Shown in pieces: positions 27,501 through 41,500 of a stretch of DNA of 64,000 nt. The number at the start of each line of letters is the position of its first letter. Within the stretch, counting starts at the first letter, position 1. A program made the translations under genes and the position numbers. The stretch lies in NCBI GenBank assembly GCA_043228905.1, contig JBHGNT010000021.1:8990001-9054000 (forward strand). The letters are read 5' to 3'. This stretch comes from Azolla caroliniana (lineage: Eukaryota > Plantae > Polypodiophyta). The notes under the pieces were generated by a model. The model searched no databases. It was not told the origin of the DNA and saw only the letters and a list, made by a program, of their open reading frames with translations.

Positions 27501-29000
27501 ACAGGTACACCACCCGGTTCCTCAACGCCTCCGCGAAATCGCCGCAGTGCTTCCGAATGTGGCCGACCTCGTCGCACCACATGCACCTGTTCCCCGCTGC
27601 CGGCCATCGGTCATGAGCCGGTTCACCGCCTTCCCTTCGAGTCTGGGCGATCTAGAGATCCTTTATCGCCCGCGTCAACTCCTCAAGCGCTGCTCCTCCG
27701 GACGAGCCATTGACCATGCCGGTCGACGCCGGACCAGTTTCGAGCCATTCCCGGGTTTCTTCCCTTCGCACTTGCGGTGCCGGGTCAAGCCTCCTTGCCG
27801 TAACAGAGCCCGCAACGGCCGCCCCGTCCACCGACTTGACGAATAGTAGGACCCGGCTCGTATCCAGAACGGTTCGGTCAAGCGCCGAAAGGCGCGCAAA
27901 GCGTTCTTCGAACTCCCGGAGGAGTGCCGACGCGTTTCTTCCCTTGCCAGGGGACTCCACCCATTCCATGAAGTCTCGTTTCGAAAGCCGTAGCGCGTCG
28001 TCCAACCCGTATTTTTCCGGGAGTCGGCCTTCGAACTCCTCCTAGGTACGGCTCTCCGCCTGCACCTCGAGCACCTCCGCATGGATGCTCGGCATCGCCA
28101 CTCGAGGAAACCCGGCAAGACGCCTCTCTTCCGGAATGTCCCGCATCAACATTTCTGCCCCGTAGGACGCCAAATACTTCGTGGCATCCTTTCCGCTGAA
28201 CCGACCGATCGTACCAACGACCGCCTCAATGGCTCTGTCCAGGGCGCCGGAGCCCTCGTGTGCGCTCAATATCCGATCCACGGCCGAAGCCATGGCCTCC
28301 GCAAGATCCGACCCTTTCATCTTCTGCTCTTCTAACGCCTCCTTCACGTCGGGTTCACTAAGATGTCGAGGTATTCCTCGCGATACGTGGAATGAGGCGG
28401 GACCTCGGGGGTCTTGTACCGAAGAGCAAGAGAGAAAAGAGAAGAGACCCACTACGTGCGAGCGTAGATTCACAGGGACACGGCCCTTCGACACAAAGAC
28501 GCGAGTGGGACAGTGACACAGAGAGACACGAAGGTATGTATGTATTAACAAAGACAACAACAAGAACACGAAAGCAACAAGAACACGAAGTCGGTTACAA
28601 CCGAACAGGCCGGCGGACAGATGCCGATGCCTATTCGTAAACGTACAAAAAGAAAGGAGCTGGTTGGAGGTGCTGCCGGAAGCACTCGAGCATTCCTCAG
28701 AGCAGCGCGAGCCTCCCGAAACCTGCACAGAAAGAAGCTATGGAGTTTGCGAGCCCGAGAGAGAGAGAAGCCTTCGCACCCAAACCGACAGCACTTCGTC
28801 CTCGACTCTCTGCGATCCCCCTCCTCCTCGCCTCCCTCCCTTTTCTAGGCAAGGAAGGAGCCGTTTTTCCTTTACTTCCCCACCTACCGAATCTGCTTGC
28901 CTAGGATCTCCTATGTACAACATAAGGCGCACGTGCATGAAGAGCCGGTTCCTACGCTCCGGTGCACCGATTCCGCTTGTGGACGGTTTTCTTCACGACA
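24557..29000 (-). mobile_element. Ty3/gypsy family C, copy 1: 5' LTR (28364-29000), PBS, gag, protease, RT, start of RNase H; 3' truncated
   Basis: LTR matches 58784-59430; CMWCDEVGHIRKHC knuckle, LVDHGSEINLM protease, LPQGGTNS and FLDD RT; inserted in the family-A extra ORF. Confidence 0.9.
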
Positions 29001-32000
29001 ATGTCGAACCCATTATCCGGCCCTGTTACTCTTCGTCCAAAATGTCTAGAATGCTTTGCTCCAGAATTTCCAATGGCTCGTCGGGAATCTATTGTTGCTG
29101 TTGTGGATGTTGTTCCGTTTGTGACTGCTGCGGTGGCTGCTCCGTTTGTCGCTCTGGCATCAACGTTTCCTTCGTTGTTTCCTCCGTTGGAGTTGTCTTT
29201 GGCTAACTGACCCCGGCCTGGTCCCCGTCTGGTCCTTGTACCGGCGACGGTTCCTCATCACTAAGGTTGACCGTTGCCACCTTCCTTGCTTTTTCTTCCC
29301 GAAGTCGGGACCGCTCATAGCTCTCAAACTGGATTTGATCCTCCAGCCGATCGTCATCCAGTTGAGCTATGAGCTGCCAGACCTGCACCAATTGTTCATC
29401 CGCCAGGGCTGTGAAATCTTCGGCCAGCTCATCCCTTATGGCGGTGAAGTCCTCCGATGTCAGCGTATAACAGTCGTCACCTTCCTTTCGCCGGTTTTCA
29501 ACGTCCGCCCTGAGCAATTGGAGTTCCGCCGTATTCTGCGCCCATTTCGTCCACCATCACACAGAGCTCTCGTCAATCAAGCGTTTGGTCTTGGTGAGCC
29601 ATGCCCGGAGGATGCACTGGATCCGTTCGGTTCCCATCCGTGATTTGTTCTCCGCGGCTTGTCGCTCCTCTTTCAATTGCTTGATGATTCTGACCGTGTC
29701 CGCCTCCTACTCCCTATAATGCGACAATTGACTTTGATAGTTTGTTTGCAACCTCTGTAACACCATTGTCGCCCTTTCCTTTTCTTCATGGTTCTGCTTG
29801 TGGAGCTCCATCCGGTCCCTCGCCACTTCCTCCAATTGCTTTGTATTCTCAGCTCGTTCGTCGGCGAGTGCCGTTGTGGCGCTATCAACTTCCTGCCGGA
29901 GCTCGGCCATCCTTTCCTGCTGTTGCTTTTACTCTGTCTCCAGTTGCTTGTAGTCCCGGTGTAGATGATCAAAATCATCGGTCTTCTGCTTCAGCCTCTG
30001 GTTGATCTGCCAGCTCGCGTGGTCCTCCCGGTCCTTCTGTTGACGGAGTTCTTCCTTCAGCCTTTCGATTTCCGTCTCCGCCATCCGTCGCAGCTTGTCC
30101 TTCTCCTGCAACAATTTTTCTTTTTCCTCCTTTAGCCGGTCGTAAGCTTGATGCCTTTTCCGCAGATTTTCTTTTGCCAGGCGGAGGTTTTCAGTAGTTT
30201 TCCTTAACTCCTCTTCTGCCGCTTTCTTCAAATGTCGTATCAAGCCGGTCGGTCGCACTGAGCTTGTATCCGCCATCCGTAGCCAGAATAGGCATGGTTC
30301 CCACTCTTGGATTCCCAAGGTTGTGCATGTTCGGAGGCTAATCACATTGATGCCGGATCCTCCATCTATTACTGTTCTGGGTAACTCCTTTCCCTTCACG
30401 ATGGCTGTGATCACCGGACTGTTTGTGTCTACCACTGCCGGTCCCTCCTCCGGATTTGAGAAGAATGTTGGTGCTGGTGGTGTTTCTCCTGCCGTCATGC
30501 CTGTCTTGAGTCCTTCTGTGAATCTGGGCACTAGTTGCAAGAGCCGTCCTAATGGCAGCGTGATTTGGCACTCCTACAATGCCTACCATGTCGCATTTTC
30601 GGTCTAATTGCCGCCGGCAAGCTCTTCTGTGTTCTCCTTTTGCTACGCAAGTTTTGCTACGTTTCGCTCATTTGCCTTTTTCACCCATTCCGTTGCCTGC
30701 TTCCGGATGGCCTCTTGTGTCTCTCATTCCGTCGCCTTGCCCTTCGACCTTGTGGTAACCTGCTGCAGGTCTACGACTTCGGCGACTACCATGTTTACTG
30801 CCGGTTGCTTGTCATAGCTCTTTGCCGGACATTGATTACTATAATGTCCTTCTTGCCGGCAATAATAGCAATATGCTTTCTAGGTATTGTTGGATTCGGC
30901 ATTGTTTCCTGTACCCAATGGAGGTCCTGTGGTAACCGCGGGGCTTTGGTCCGGTTGGCTGCTTGAGGCGCCTTTTTCCGGTTCACGTGGGTGGCTCCCT
31001 TTTTTGAAATGCCGTTTTTTATTAAAGTTCTTTTTGTTGCGATACCCTTGACGGGGTTGGTCGTCATATCTCCCGTAATCTTCCCGTTGTTGGTGATACC
31101 CGGGGGAGTGATCCCGGTTGTAATGCTCGTACCGTCCATTGTAATCTCGGTACCTGTCATATCTCTCGTACCGGTCATAGTTGTCTCGTTGATCGCCGTA
31201 TCGGACATCCTGTGCTGGTCGATATCACTCCTCTCGCCGCCAGCGTTCGTCTTCTTCGTCTCGGCTGCTACGTTGCTCGATTTGCGGACTGGTGGTGCTT
31301 GCCGATTTAATAAGTTATATTCGCACCGGTCCATCATGTGGCTCGTAGATTGGCAGAGTAAGTTGTGCGTCCGCATGGTGCACTCCAGTGCCGAGTGTCC
31401 GGAATTCAAGCAGGTCGTGCATTGGATTGCTTGCCGGAACCGGAGATCCTCATCGGTTGGTAATGCTCGTTGGAGGGTTCCCATTGTTAGCCAAGAGCTC
31501 GTTTTCTCCATTTCTCTAACCCGGTCAATGACCTGGTCGACGGTGCTTGTGCGAAAGTCGATGACCGTGCATACCGTTCGTAGAGGTTCCTGGAGTGCGG
31601 CTAAGAATATAGCCCGTGTTTCTTCCTCCAGAGGTGTTCGGGTAAGCTGACTGTGCATCCGTTGAAACCGGATGACAAACTGCGGAATGCTCTCACCAGG
31701 GTCCTGCCGGATGGTATAAAATAGGCCCACCATTTCTCTCTGGTCCACCTCCTTCTGAAAGAAGTGCAAGAATTTATCTTTCAGGTTCGCAAAGGTGGTG
31801 ATGGTGCTGGGGTCCTACGTCCGGTAGACTTTGCTATTACAGGAATTCGAATTCGAGATATTCCACCGACCCGGCATACAGCATGCGGTAGCAGATTATT
31901 TAAGCCGGTTAGATTTCGGCGAAACCGGCGACGGAGTACCGGACAAGTTTCCGGTGGCTGAACTATTTCGAGTCATCGCGGAAACGGCAACAGATGAAAC

Positions 32001-32877
32001 GGTGGCACCAGAAGATAAGTGGCTAACAAATATGCACCAATTTCTGAGCACTGGATTGCCTCCGAAGGAGATGAATCGGGACGAGAGGAAACGCCTGGTG
32101 GTACAAAGCTGACACTTCTGTTTATTACGGGACACGCTATACCACAAAGGTGCAGACGGTATATGTCGACGAGCGGTGTGCAGCGACGAGAAAGAGATAA
32201 TACTACGGGAAGCACACTGCGGAGTCGCCAGAGGCCATTATGTCGGGGATGCTACGGCAAGGAAGATATGGCAAAGTGGCCTATGGTGGCCGACTACATT
32301 GAAAGACGCAGTCCGGTACGCGAAACAGTGTGATCTATGCCAGCGAATGGGCCAGCGAATGGAACAAGCTAGGATGCCGCACCAACCAGTACTACCGCTA
32401 GAACCATTTCAGAAATGGGGACTGGATTTTGTCGGACCATTTAAACCACCGGCAATGAGAACTGGCAACCGGTATGTGATCGTCGCGACGGACTACTGCA
32501 CTAAATGGGTGGAAGCCAAAGCCGTACGAGACAAGACTGCGGCGTTGACGGCAAAATTCTTATACGAATACATTTGGTGCCGGTATGGATGCCCCATAGA
32601 GCTGATAAGCGACCAAGGAGGGCACTTTCTTTGACAGGTAGTGGAGAGCTTGACGTCATTCTCTGCGGTAGTACATAAACGGAGCACCCCGTACTACCCA
32701 CAAGCCAACGGATTAGCTGAGTCAACAAACAAAAGGCTACAGAATATATTGCGCAAGATCGTCAATGAGAATCGGACAGATTGGGACATGAAGCTGCACC
32801 TTGCGCTCTGGGCTTACCGGACAACGTACAAAACTGTGAACGTAAGTGTTTGCGGAAGCGTAAAACAGAGAACAACA

Positions 32878-32919
<42 letters not shown>

Positions 32920-35799
32920 AGAACGCAATTTCAAAATTATATAAAGACTCTGTGTATCACACTGTGCTAAGTAGCACTATTTATACAAGTCCTCTTGGGA
33001 CTGACAGAAGTACCATGTACTTCAATGCTCACACGAGCATCTGACACTTACTACGAGACTATAGATACCTAGTAGTCTATCCTATTCTAGGCTTCCGATT
33101 GGACTGCCGGTTACGGATTGCACCCGGCCTCCACGGCTTGCCGATTCGGTTGCTCACCGTCATACCGATCCGTTTCGCCCGATCCGTCTCGCTTACCGGC
33201 TCCGGCTTATTCAGCCGATCCGGCTCCGGTTGAGCTTGCCGCTCAACACTCCCCCTCAAGCTCAACCTGAGGTGGGGTCGTAGTGTCGACCTCTGTGGCA
33301 GTCGGTTCTTTCAACTGACTTCTCCTGGCGTCACTTCGCCTTGCTTGCGCTCCTCGTCCGGTCCGGTCCCGTTTGCCACGACCCCTTTGGTTCTGCGCGC
33401 CTCGACCCTCTCGGTCGACATGTCTGCTCAATAGGCCCATCTCAGCACTCACGTTGTTGTGACTCCGGCGCTTGACGATCCGTCGGTTCTCCCACGATGG
33501 CATCGACTTCCGCTGTGTCCGTGTCCCCTTGACCTTCAGTCGATCCGACTCATCCGGATCCATCTGTTGATCTGAGTCAGCTGTCTCCGACTCGTTCCAG
33601 CTCTTGTTTGAATCGGTACACTCCGATTCGACTTCCGGCTTCAGGCCTCTCACCACATCGGACCACTTCCGAGTCTTGGCCTTCTCCATGCTTCCCTCGG
33701 CTTCTTCAGCCGGTGAACCGAAATCGAATTCTTCATTCGACTCCGCATCATGGTCAGTACTAGCGTGATGACCTCCGCACAGCATGCACTTCTCTTCCTG
33801 AATGCACAACTCTTCTTCACAGCCGCTTGCTCCGACCTGTTCGGATGTGTCGACTTCCTTCGTCGACTTGGCTTCCTTCATCTTCTTGTCTCCTCTTCTT
33901 CCGGCTCTCCTCTTGCCGTCGGGTTCAACAGTTTTTTGGCCTTTGCCCGTTTCGGTAGAGACTTTGCCCTTGCTTCTCCCCCTCAAGTGCGGCACGTCGA
34001 GATGCTGAATACCAAGCATGTCGGTAAAGTGCTGTAACTTGTCCGATCTGAGCGGCTTGGTGAAGATGTCGGCAACTTGCCGATCCGTATGAACATACCG
34101 TAGGTCAACTTCACCGCTCAGGACCCGCTCACGCACAAAGTGGTAGTGCAACTCGATGTGCTTTGTGCGAGCATGGAACACAGGGTTCCTGGCGAGCTGT
34201 AGGCTGCTCATGTTATCGCAGCGGGGTCGGTACCTCGATCCGCAAGTCTCGCAGCAGTCGCCGAAGCCAGATGGCTTTACAAGTGGCAACGGTAGCGGCC
34301 CGGTACTCAGCCTCAGTGCTTGACAAAGCCACTGTGGGCTGCTTCTTGCTGCTCCACACAACGACCGTGCTACCTATGGAGAACATGTATCCGGAAGTGG
34401 AGCGGCGATCAGACGCATCGCCGGCCCAGTCAACATCTGTGTAACCGACAAGCTCTTCGGGTATACCTCGCCGGTATAGCAGTCCCCGGTCCTTAGTGCC
34501 GCTGACATACTGTAATATTCGTTGCGCGCACTGAAGGTGCTCCACGGTCAGCTTCTGCATGAACTGACTTACCATGCCGACCGGATAGCTGATGTCGGGT
34601 CGGGTGATGGTTAAGTAGATCAGGCTTCCGACAACCTGTCGGAACCGTTTCTCAGTGCAGGCCGGTCCGGAGTTGGGACGGAGCTTCTGGTTCCGGTCCA
34701 GGGGTGTGGAGACAGGTCGGCAATCTGTCATGCCGAACTTATACAGCATATTCAACACGTAATGTCGTTGTGAGAGCAATATGCCGTCGGGGGTCCGGAT
34801 TACTTCGATCCCAAGATATTAATGAAGGTTCCCCAGGTCCTTCATTTCGAATGTGTCCGACAACTGGGACTTGACGCGGTTGATTTCGGGAAGACCCGGT
34901 CCGGTGATGACTAAATCATCCACATACAAGAGTATACATACCGGACCGTCAGAGCCTTGCCGGATGAATAACGAAGAGTCCGACTTAGAGACAGCAAACC
35001 CCAGCTTACGCAACCGGTGCGTGATCTTCGCGTTCCAAGCTCGGGGGGCTTGCTTCAAGCCGTAAAGCGACTTCTTCAGTCGGTAGACCGCCGATTTGTT
35101 CATCTCCGATTGAAATCCGGGGGGCTGAGTCATAAAGACTTCTTCTTCAAGCTCTCCTTGAAGGAAGGCGTTCTTCACATCCATCTGGTGAAGATGCCAC
35201 CCCCTTGCCGTAGCAACCGCCAATACGACACGAACCGCCGTCATCTTCGCCACAAGAGCGAAGGTCTCGTCGTAGTCGATTCCGTGGGTCTGCGCGTATC
35301 CCTTCGCCACTAATCGGGCTTTGTACCGGTTAACAGAACCGTCGGCGTTGTGCTTGACCTTGTACACCCACTTGCACCCGATCGGTTTACAGTGACGGGG
35401 AGGATCAACTAGGTCCCAAGTTTCGTTGGCATCGAGTACCTGCATTTCTTCGTCCATAGCGGCACGCCAATTTGCGTCCTTTGCCGTTGTCGTGTCAATC
35501 TTCACACACTATGTAAAAAAATAATGAAATAATAATTATAAATTAGATTAGTAGAGTACTATAGAAAGATGGATATACTCAAGAGCTTCAAAATGTATTT
35601 TACTATATACAAAATGGAGAAATACATACCAAGTTATGAGAAAATAAAGTTTGATTAGATAGAGAAATTAGAACTATCCCACATAGATAGGAAAGTTAAG
35701 GCCCTGGCTATATAAACACCTTGATCTCCCTCATTTTTCATTTGTGCTAAGAGCACTTTGGCCACTTTGTCTTGATGGATGATGGTGGCCAAATTCCCT

Positions 35800-36170
35800 A
35801 AAACCGGAAACGGGCCTGTAAGCAAATCCGGAAACGGGCTAGTATGCAAAACCGGAACCGACCGGCAAGCAAAACCGGAACCGGAACGGGTATGCAAACC
35901 GGCCGGTAAGCAAAACCGGAACCACCGGAACCGGAACGGGTATGCAAACCGGAAACTGGCCAGTAAGCAAAACCGGAACCGGTCGGCAAGCAAAACCGGA
36001 ACCGGAACCTTCAAGCAAACTGGAAACCGGCCGGTAAGCAAAACGGGAACGGGCCGGCAAGCAAAACTGGAACGGGCCGGCAAGCAAAACCGGAACCGAT
36101 CGGCAAGCAAAACCGGAACTGGAACCGGCAAGCAAACCGGAACCGGCCGGCAAGCAAAATGGAACCGGCT
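35800..36170. repeat. tandem AAACCGG/GCAAAACCGGAACCGG repeat array in LTR of element E
   Basis: Short degenerate units repeated many times. Confidence 0.9.
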
Positions 36171-38167
36171 ACCGGACGAGGTTGGAAGCGGACGGACGAA
36201 AGATTAGATCATGCAACAAACTAAAGTAAAGTGAAGAGAACTAAAGTAAAGGCCATGTGGACGCAAGCAACTAAAGAAGGGAGTGCATGGAAAAAGTAAA
36301 GGTCATGTGGACAGTCACATGCAACCAAAAGAAAAAGCTAGGCAACTAAAAGTAGAGGCCATGCAACAAAAAGTGAAAAGGCTATGATCAAGGGGGAACT
36401 CCATATTTATTCCATTTTTTTTCCTACACTAGGGGGGACTCTCCATATTATCTAAATTTTTTTTCTTTTGTTGGGGAGAGCTCTCTTATCTTATCGAAGC
36501 CAATAACCCTAATTTTCCTTACAGAAGCTATCTCTCAAGTAAACCATAATTTCCATACGGAAGCAATCTCTCAAAATCCAAAATTCCTTGTCAAAGCCAT
36601 ATCACTCAAGAATCATAATCTCTTATTTCCTCTAATCTATTATTCTAATCATCTCCATAAGATAAAACTTTTCTAATCCCAATCTTGGGATTGATTGTAA
36701 TCTTTCTTTCCCTTTTATTAATGAAATTTGTTAATCTTTCTCATTTCGGTTAATTCTTAGTATATAAATACACGAATTTGATATCCTCTAGACAAAGGCC
36801 CCGGGGTCTTGCCTCAACGTTCACGTATCCTCGTCGTATTTTCGCGACATCTTTGGTATATTCGCCATCGAGATGGACTTCATCCGACTTACCCGTTGGC
36901 TATGCATTACAAGTGGATGGTGGACATAGTGATGATGCCAATGGGACGATGGCAGATGAAGTATCTTGTGCTCGCAAGAGAGGATCTTACCAATCAAGTT
37001 GAAGATGTTATTTGCAGATATGGATGCGTCGGCAAGATAGTGGCTGATAGAGGCGAGTTGGACGCCAATGAAGCTAGAGAATTCTTCTCGAGGATGGGAA
37101 TCAAATTATCTCTTACCATGGCGTGTAATCCGGAAGCAAATGGGAAGGTGGAACGTGGACATGGACCGATTGTGAAGGCTCTAGTGAAAGCTTGCCATGG
37201 GAAAATAGGAGAATGGCCACGTCTATTGCCATTTGCATTATGGGCTGACAGGACTACTCATAGCACGGTGATGGGATACATGCCGGCAGAGCTCATATTC
37301 GGACAAAAGCCAATAATGCCGGTAGAACAAAGTATTATTTCATGGTTTGCATTGCCATGGCAAGATGAGATGAGTAGAGAAGATCTTCTAGCATTGAGGA
37401 TTTGACAATTAGAGCGGAATTTGGAAGATGTAGAGGTGGCTAAAGTGCGGCTAAAGAATGCAAGGCTAAAGAACAAGAAAGACTTCGATAAACGACATCG
37501 ACTTCGGCCGAGGAAAATCGTTGAAGGAGATTGGGTGCTAGTCTATGACAGTAGCCTAGATAACCAACATAATACGGCTCGAAAATTCTCACAACGATGG
37601 TTTGGGCCATATGTGGTGAAGAAAGTGGAAGATAATGCAACATATCATTTAGTAGAATTGGATGGTACACCACTTGCCTTGCCAATTGCCGGTAAAAGAA
37701 TCAAGATCTTCAAGAGAAGAGATACAATAGCAATTGGATTCGAAGCTTTTGACGATTCAGTCTTAAGCATCGATGAAAAAGTATAGTAAACAAAAATGAA
37801 TCCTCACCAAAATTGGCACATACCGGTGGATGTGCAGGTTTGGTGGGGGCGAATGTCGTGTGAATCTTCACACACTATGTAAAAAAATAATGAAATAATT
37901 ATTATAGATTAGATTAGTAGCTTACTATAGAAAGATGGATATATACTCAAGAGCTTCAAAATGTATTTTACTATATACAAAATGGAGAAATACATATCAA
38001 GTTATGAGAAAATGAAGTTTGATTAGATAGAGAAATTAGAACTATCCCACATAGATAGGAAAGTTAAGGCCTTGGCTATATAAACACCTTGAGCTCCCTC
38101 ATTTTTCAGTTGTGCTAAGAGCACTTTGGCCACTTTGTCTTGATGGATGATGGTGGCCAAATTCCCT

Positions 38168-38515
38168 AAAACCGGAAACTGGCCGGTAAGCAAATTCGGA
38201 AAACGGGTCCGGTAAGCAAATCCGGAAACGGGCCGGTAAGCAAATCCGGAAACGGGCCTGTAAGCAAATCCGGAAACGGGCCTGTAAGCAAATCTGGAAA
38301 CGGGCCGGTATGCAAAACCGGAACCGGTTGGCAAGCAAAACCGGAACCAGAACGGTTATGCAAATCGGCTGGTAAGCAAAACCGGGAACCGGCCGATAAG
38401 CAAAACCGGAACCGGCCGGCAAGCAAACTGGAACCGGAACGGGTATGCAAACCGGAAACCTGCCGGCAAGCAAAACCGGAACCGGAACCGGCCGGCAAGC
38501 AAAACCGGAACCGTT
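38168..38515. repeat. tandem AAACCGG-type repeat array in second LTR of element E
   Basis: Same unit family as 35800-36170 with a different unit order. Confidence 0.9.
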
Positions 38516-41500
38516 GCCTAACTAAAAGTAGAGGCCATGCAACAAAAAGTGATAAGGCTATGATAAAGAGAGAACTCCATATTTATTCCATTTTTTTTCT
38601 ACACGAGGACTCTCCATATTATCTAATTTTTTTTTCTTTTGTTGGGGAGAGCTCTCTTATCTTATCGAAGCCAATAACCCTAATTTTCCTTACGGAAGCT
38701 ATCTCTCAAGTAAACCATAATTTCCATATGGAAGCAATCTCTCAAAATCCAAAATTCCTTGTCAAAGCCATATCACTCAAGAATCATAACCTCTTATTTC
38801 CTCTAATCTATTATTCTAATCATCTCCATAAGATAAAACTTTTCTAATCCCAATCTTGGGATTGATTGTAATCTTTCTTTCACTTTTATTAATGAAATTT
38901 GTTAATCTTTCTCATTTCGGTTAATTCTTAGTATATAAATACACGAATTTGATATCCTCTAGACAAAGGCCCCGGGGTCTTGCCTCAACATTCACGTATC
39001 CTCGTCGTATTTTCGCGACACTGCTTCTGCGTAGCTCTCCGGCTCACGCACTTCTGTTACCTTAGTCATGTACGCATAATGATGCGCCATGTATTCATTG
39101 TACCCGTACCGCATGACGGGATCCTTCTGGCGGGTTGATCGGCGCAACGCACCGTCACCTGATTTGAGAGCCTTCTTGGCCAGGTCGGTGTTCGTTGCCG
39201 AAGATCCGCCTTTCTCCTTTCCGGAGTCGGATACACACCGATCCGACTCATCGTTGCCGGTTTCGAATTCCGGCATTTTCCTATTCCCCTTCTCTTTGCG
39301 CGTGAACCATTTCCTCGGTGCCTTGCGCGGGGAGAGCACGGCAGAGTCTCCACCACTTGCCGTCTCTTCATCCGACTGGTCCAACCGACTCAGTCGCTCG
39401 TTCGGTCCACTCAACCGTAACGATTCCGGACTCTCATCTTGAGTCCCGGCTTCATCATCCTCTGCCAGGGCTGATTCAGGCTCACTGGCCTGATCTTCCG
39501 ACATTGGGTCGGGATCGGAAGTCGGAGTCGGTACGGAGTACCAGGATGCCGATTCATCGAACTCGACATCCCGGCTAACTTGGGCTTCCTTCGTCCGGGG
39601 GTTATAGCACTTATACCCCTTTTGCTCTTGAGTTGAGCCGACTAGGATGCATTTTTCCGATTTTGCATCCAGCTTTCTCCGCTTCTGATCCGGCACATGC
39701 ACATACGCTATGCTGCCGAATATCCGAAGGTGTCTTAAGTTCGGCTTGTGCCCGAAATACAGCTCATGAGCTGACACCTTGTCACCAATGCGGTTTTCTA
39801 TGTAGACGGCCGTCTGGACCGCCTCCGTCGAGTAGAACCGGGGCATGCTCTTCTCCTCCAGCATTGTCCTTGCCGCTTCGACGAGTGTCCGGTTCTTCCT
39901 TTCGGCCACACCGTTTTGCTCCGGTGTGTATCTGCAGCTGAACTCTCGCCGAATTCCCTTCTACTGCAGATAACTAGTGAATTGGCTGGAAAATTATTCC
40001 TTTCCGCCATCCGACCGAAGGCATTTGATCTTCCACTCCGATTCCCGTTCCACCATCTTCTGGAGGCTCCATAAATTGTCGAAGACTTCGCTCTTCCACT
40101 CAATGAGGTAGATCCAAGTATGTCGAGTATAGTCGTCGATGAAGGAGACGAAGTACCGACTCCCGCCAAGGCTTACACTTTGTGCTGGTCCCCACACATC
40201 CGAATGGATGAGATCGAGCTTGTTACGGCTCCGGTTCCGTTCGGTGGGGAATGGAAGCCGGTGTTGCTTCCCAAGTTGGCAGGCTTCACAAATTTCGGCT
40301 CTCCAGCCGCTGAACTTCGGCAAACTGAAAACGACTTGTTTCGTTTGCAGATCTTGAAGCCTTCGGTAGTTGACGTGGCCTATCCGCTTGTGCCACAGGT
40401 CGATGTACGACTCGACCTTCTGTCGTTTCGCGAACAGAGCGGTGCCAAAGTTATTGGTGTCGAGGATAAACATCCTCCCGTCTCTACGCCCTTGCGCAAT
40501 GACTTCACCCTCATCCTCAATGAAGCTCCCGAGGTGCGTAAACCGCACCTGCATCCCCTGGTCGACAATCTGACCGACGGACACCAGGTTCTTCGTGATC
40601 GTCGGAACGTGTAATACGTTCATCAACTTCCCTTTCTGTCCGACGTGGCTTAGAGGGACTTCTCTGACATGCACGATTGGGTGAGGAGTGTCGTCTCCGG
40701 TTTCGACTACTCCTGGTTGATCCGGTTTCTCCAGAAAGGAGAACCACTCTTTGTGGCTCTTCATGTGGTTCGACGCGCCGGAATCAACATACCACACTTC
40801 CTCCGTTTTGGAAGTGGTCCATTGAGTTTGCCTTGTGATTCATCACCAAGGCTGGCCCCTTACCGGCCTTTCCGGTTCCGGATCCTTCTGATCCGTTTGC
40901 GTAGTGCGAGTTTTGCCGGCCATCCTTACCGGTCTTGCCGGATCTGGATTTGTCCGAATCGGCACGCTTTCTCCAGCACTCGCTTTCCCTGTGGCCTTTT
41001 TTGCCACAGTACCAGCATTCCGTAACGGATTTGTCTTGCCGGCCTCCGGCCCCGCCTTGACTCCCCCTACTTGTGGAAGTTCCGGAACTGCTGTCGGCAC
41101 GTTCATAGTGCCTCCGTTCCTGCTCTTGCCGGCCGTCTCCATTGTGTGCCGACCCAGCTCTTCCACCACGCCCACGGAACCGATCCGTTCCCGTGTACAA
41201 CATTCGGATGTCTAGGGATGCACTGGTAGATACACCGGCGTGGTTCTCCTCTACAAGGAGCATCGACTATAAGTCGAAGAATGAGGGGGTATTCTCCCTT
41301 GTACACACCGCCATCCGGAACGCTCCAAACTTGGACGCCAGGCCTCCGAGACATACCTGCACCATCTCGTCTTCCTCTACGGTAACATTGATAGAGGCTA
41401 GCGAGTCGCAGATCTCCTTTATCCGGCCCGTGTAGTCTGCCACGGACATGTTCTTTTGTCGAACATTGCTCAACTCTTGTCTGAGTTGCAGCTTCCGGGC

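Larger units (their letters stand above)
35488..39020 (+). mobile_element. non-autonomous gypsy element E (relative of family C): two long LTRs flanking only an integrase fragment; nested in copia D
   Basis: LTRs 35488-36849 and 37854-39020 (TGTCGTG...CGACA); interior 36850-37853 encodes KWMVDIV, IVADRGE, ANGKVERGH; degraded 4-bp TSD CCGT/CTGC; removal restores copia EPESYAEAAKDANW. Confidence 0.9.

Noticed and set aside
35800-38515. Regularly repeated units that might resemble a CRISPR array or encode repeat proteins (ORFs 35655-36207, 38023-38498)
   Set aside because: No constant repeat with unique spacers and no cas genes; these are degenerate tandem repeats inside LTRs and the ORFs are by-products.
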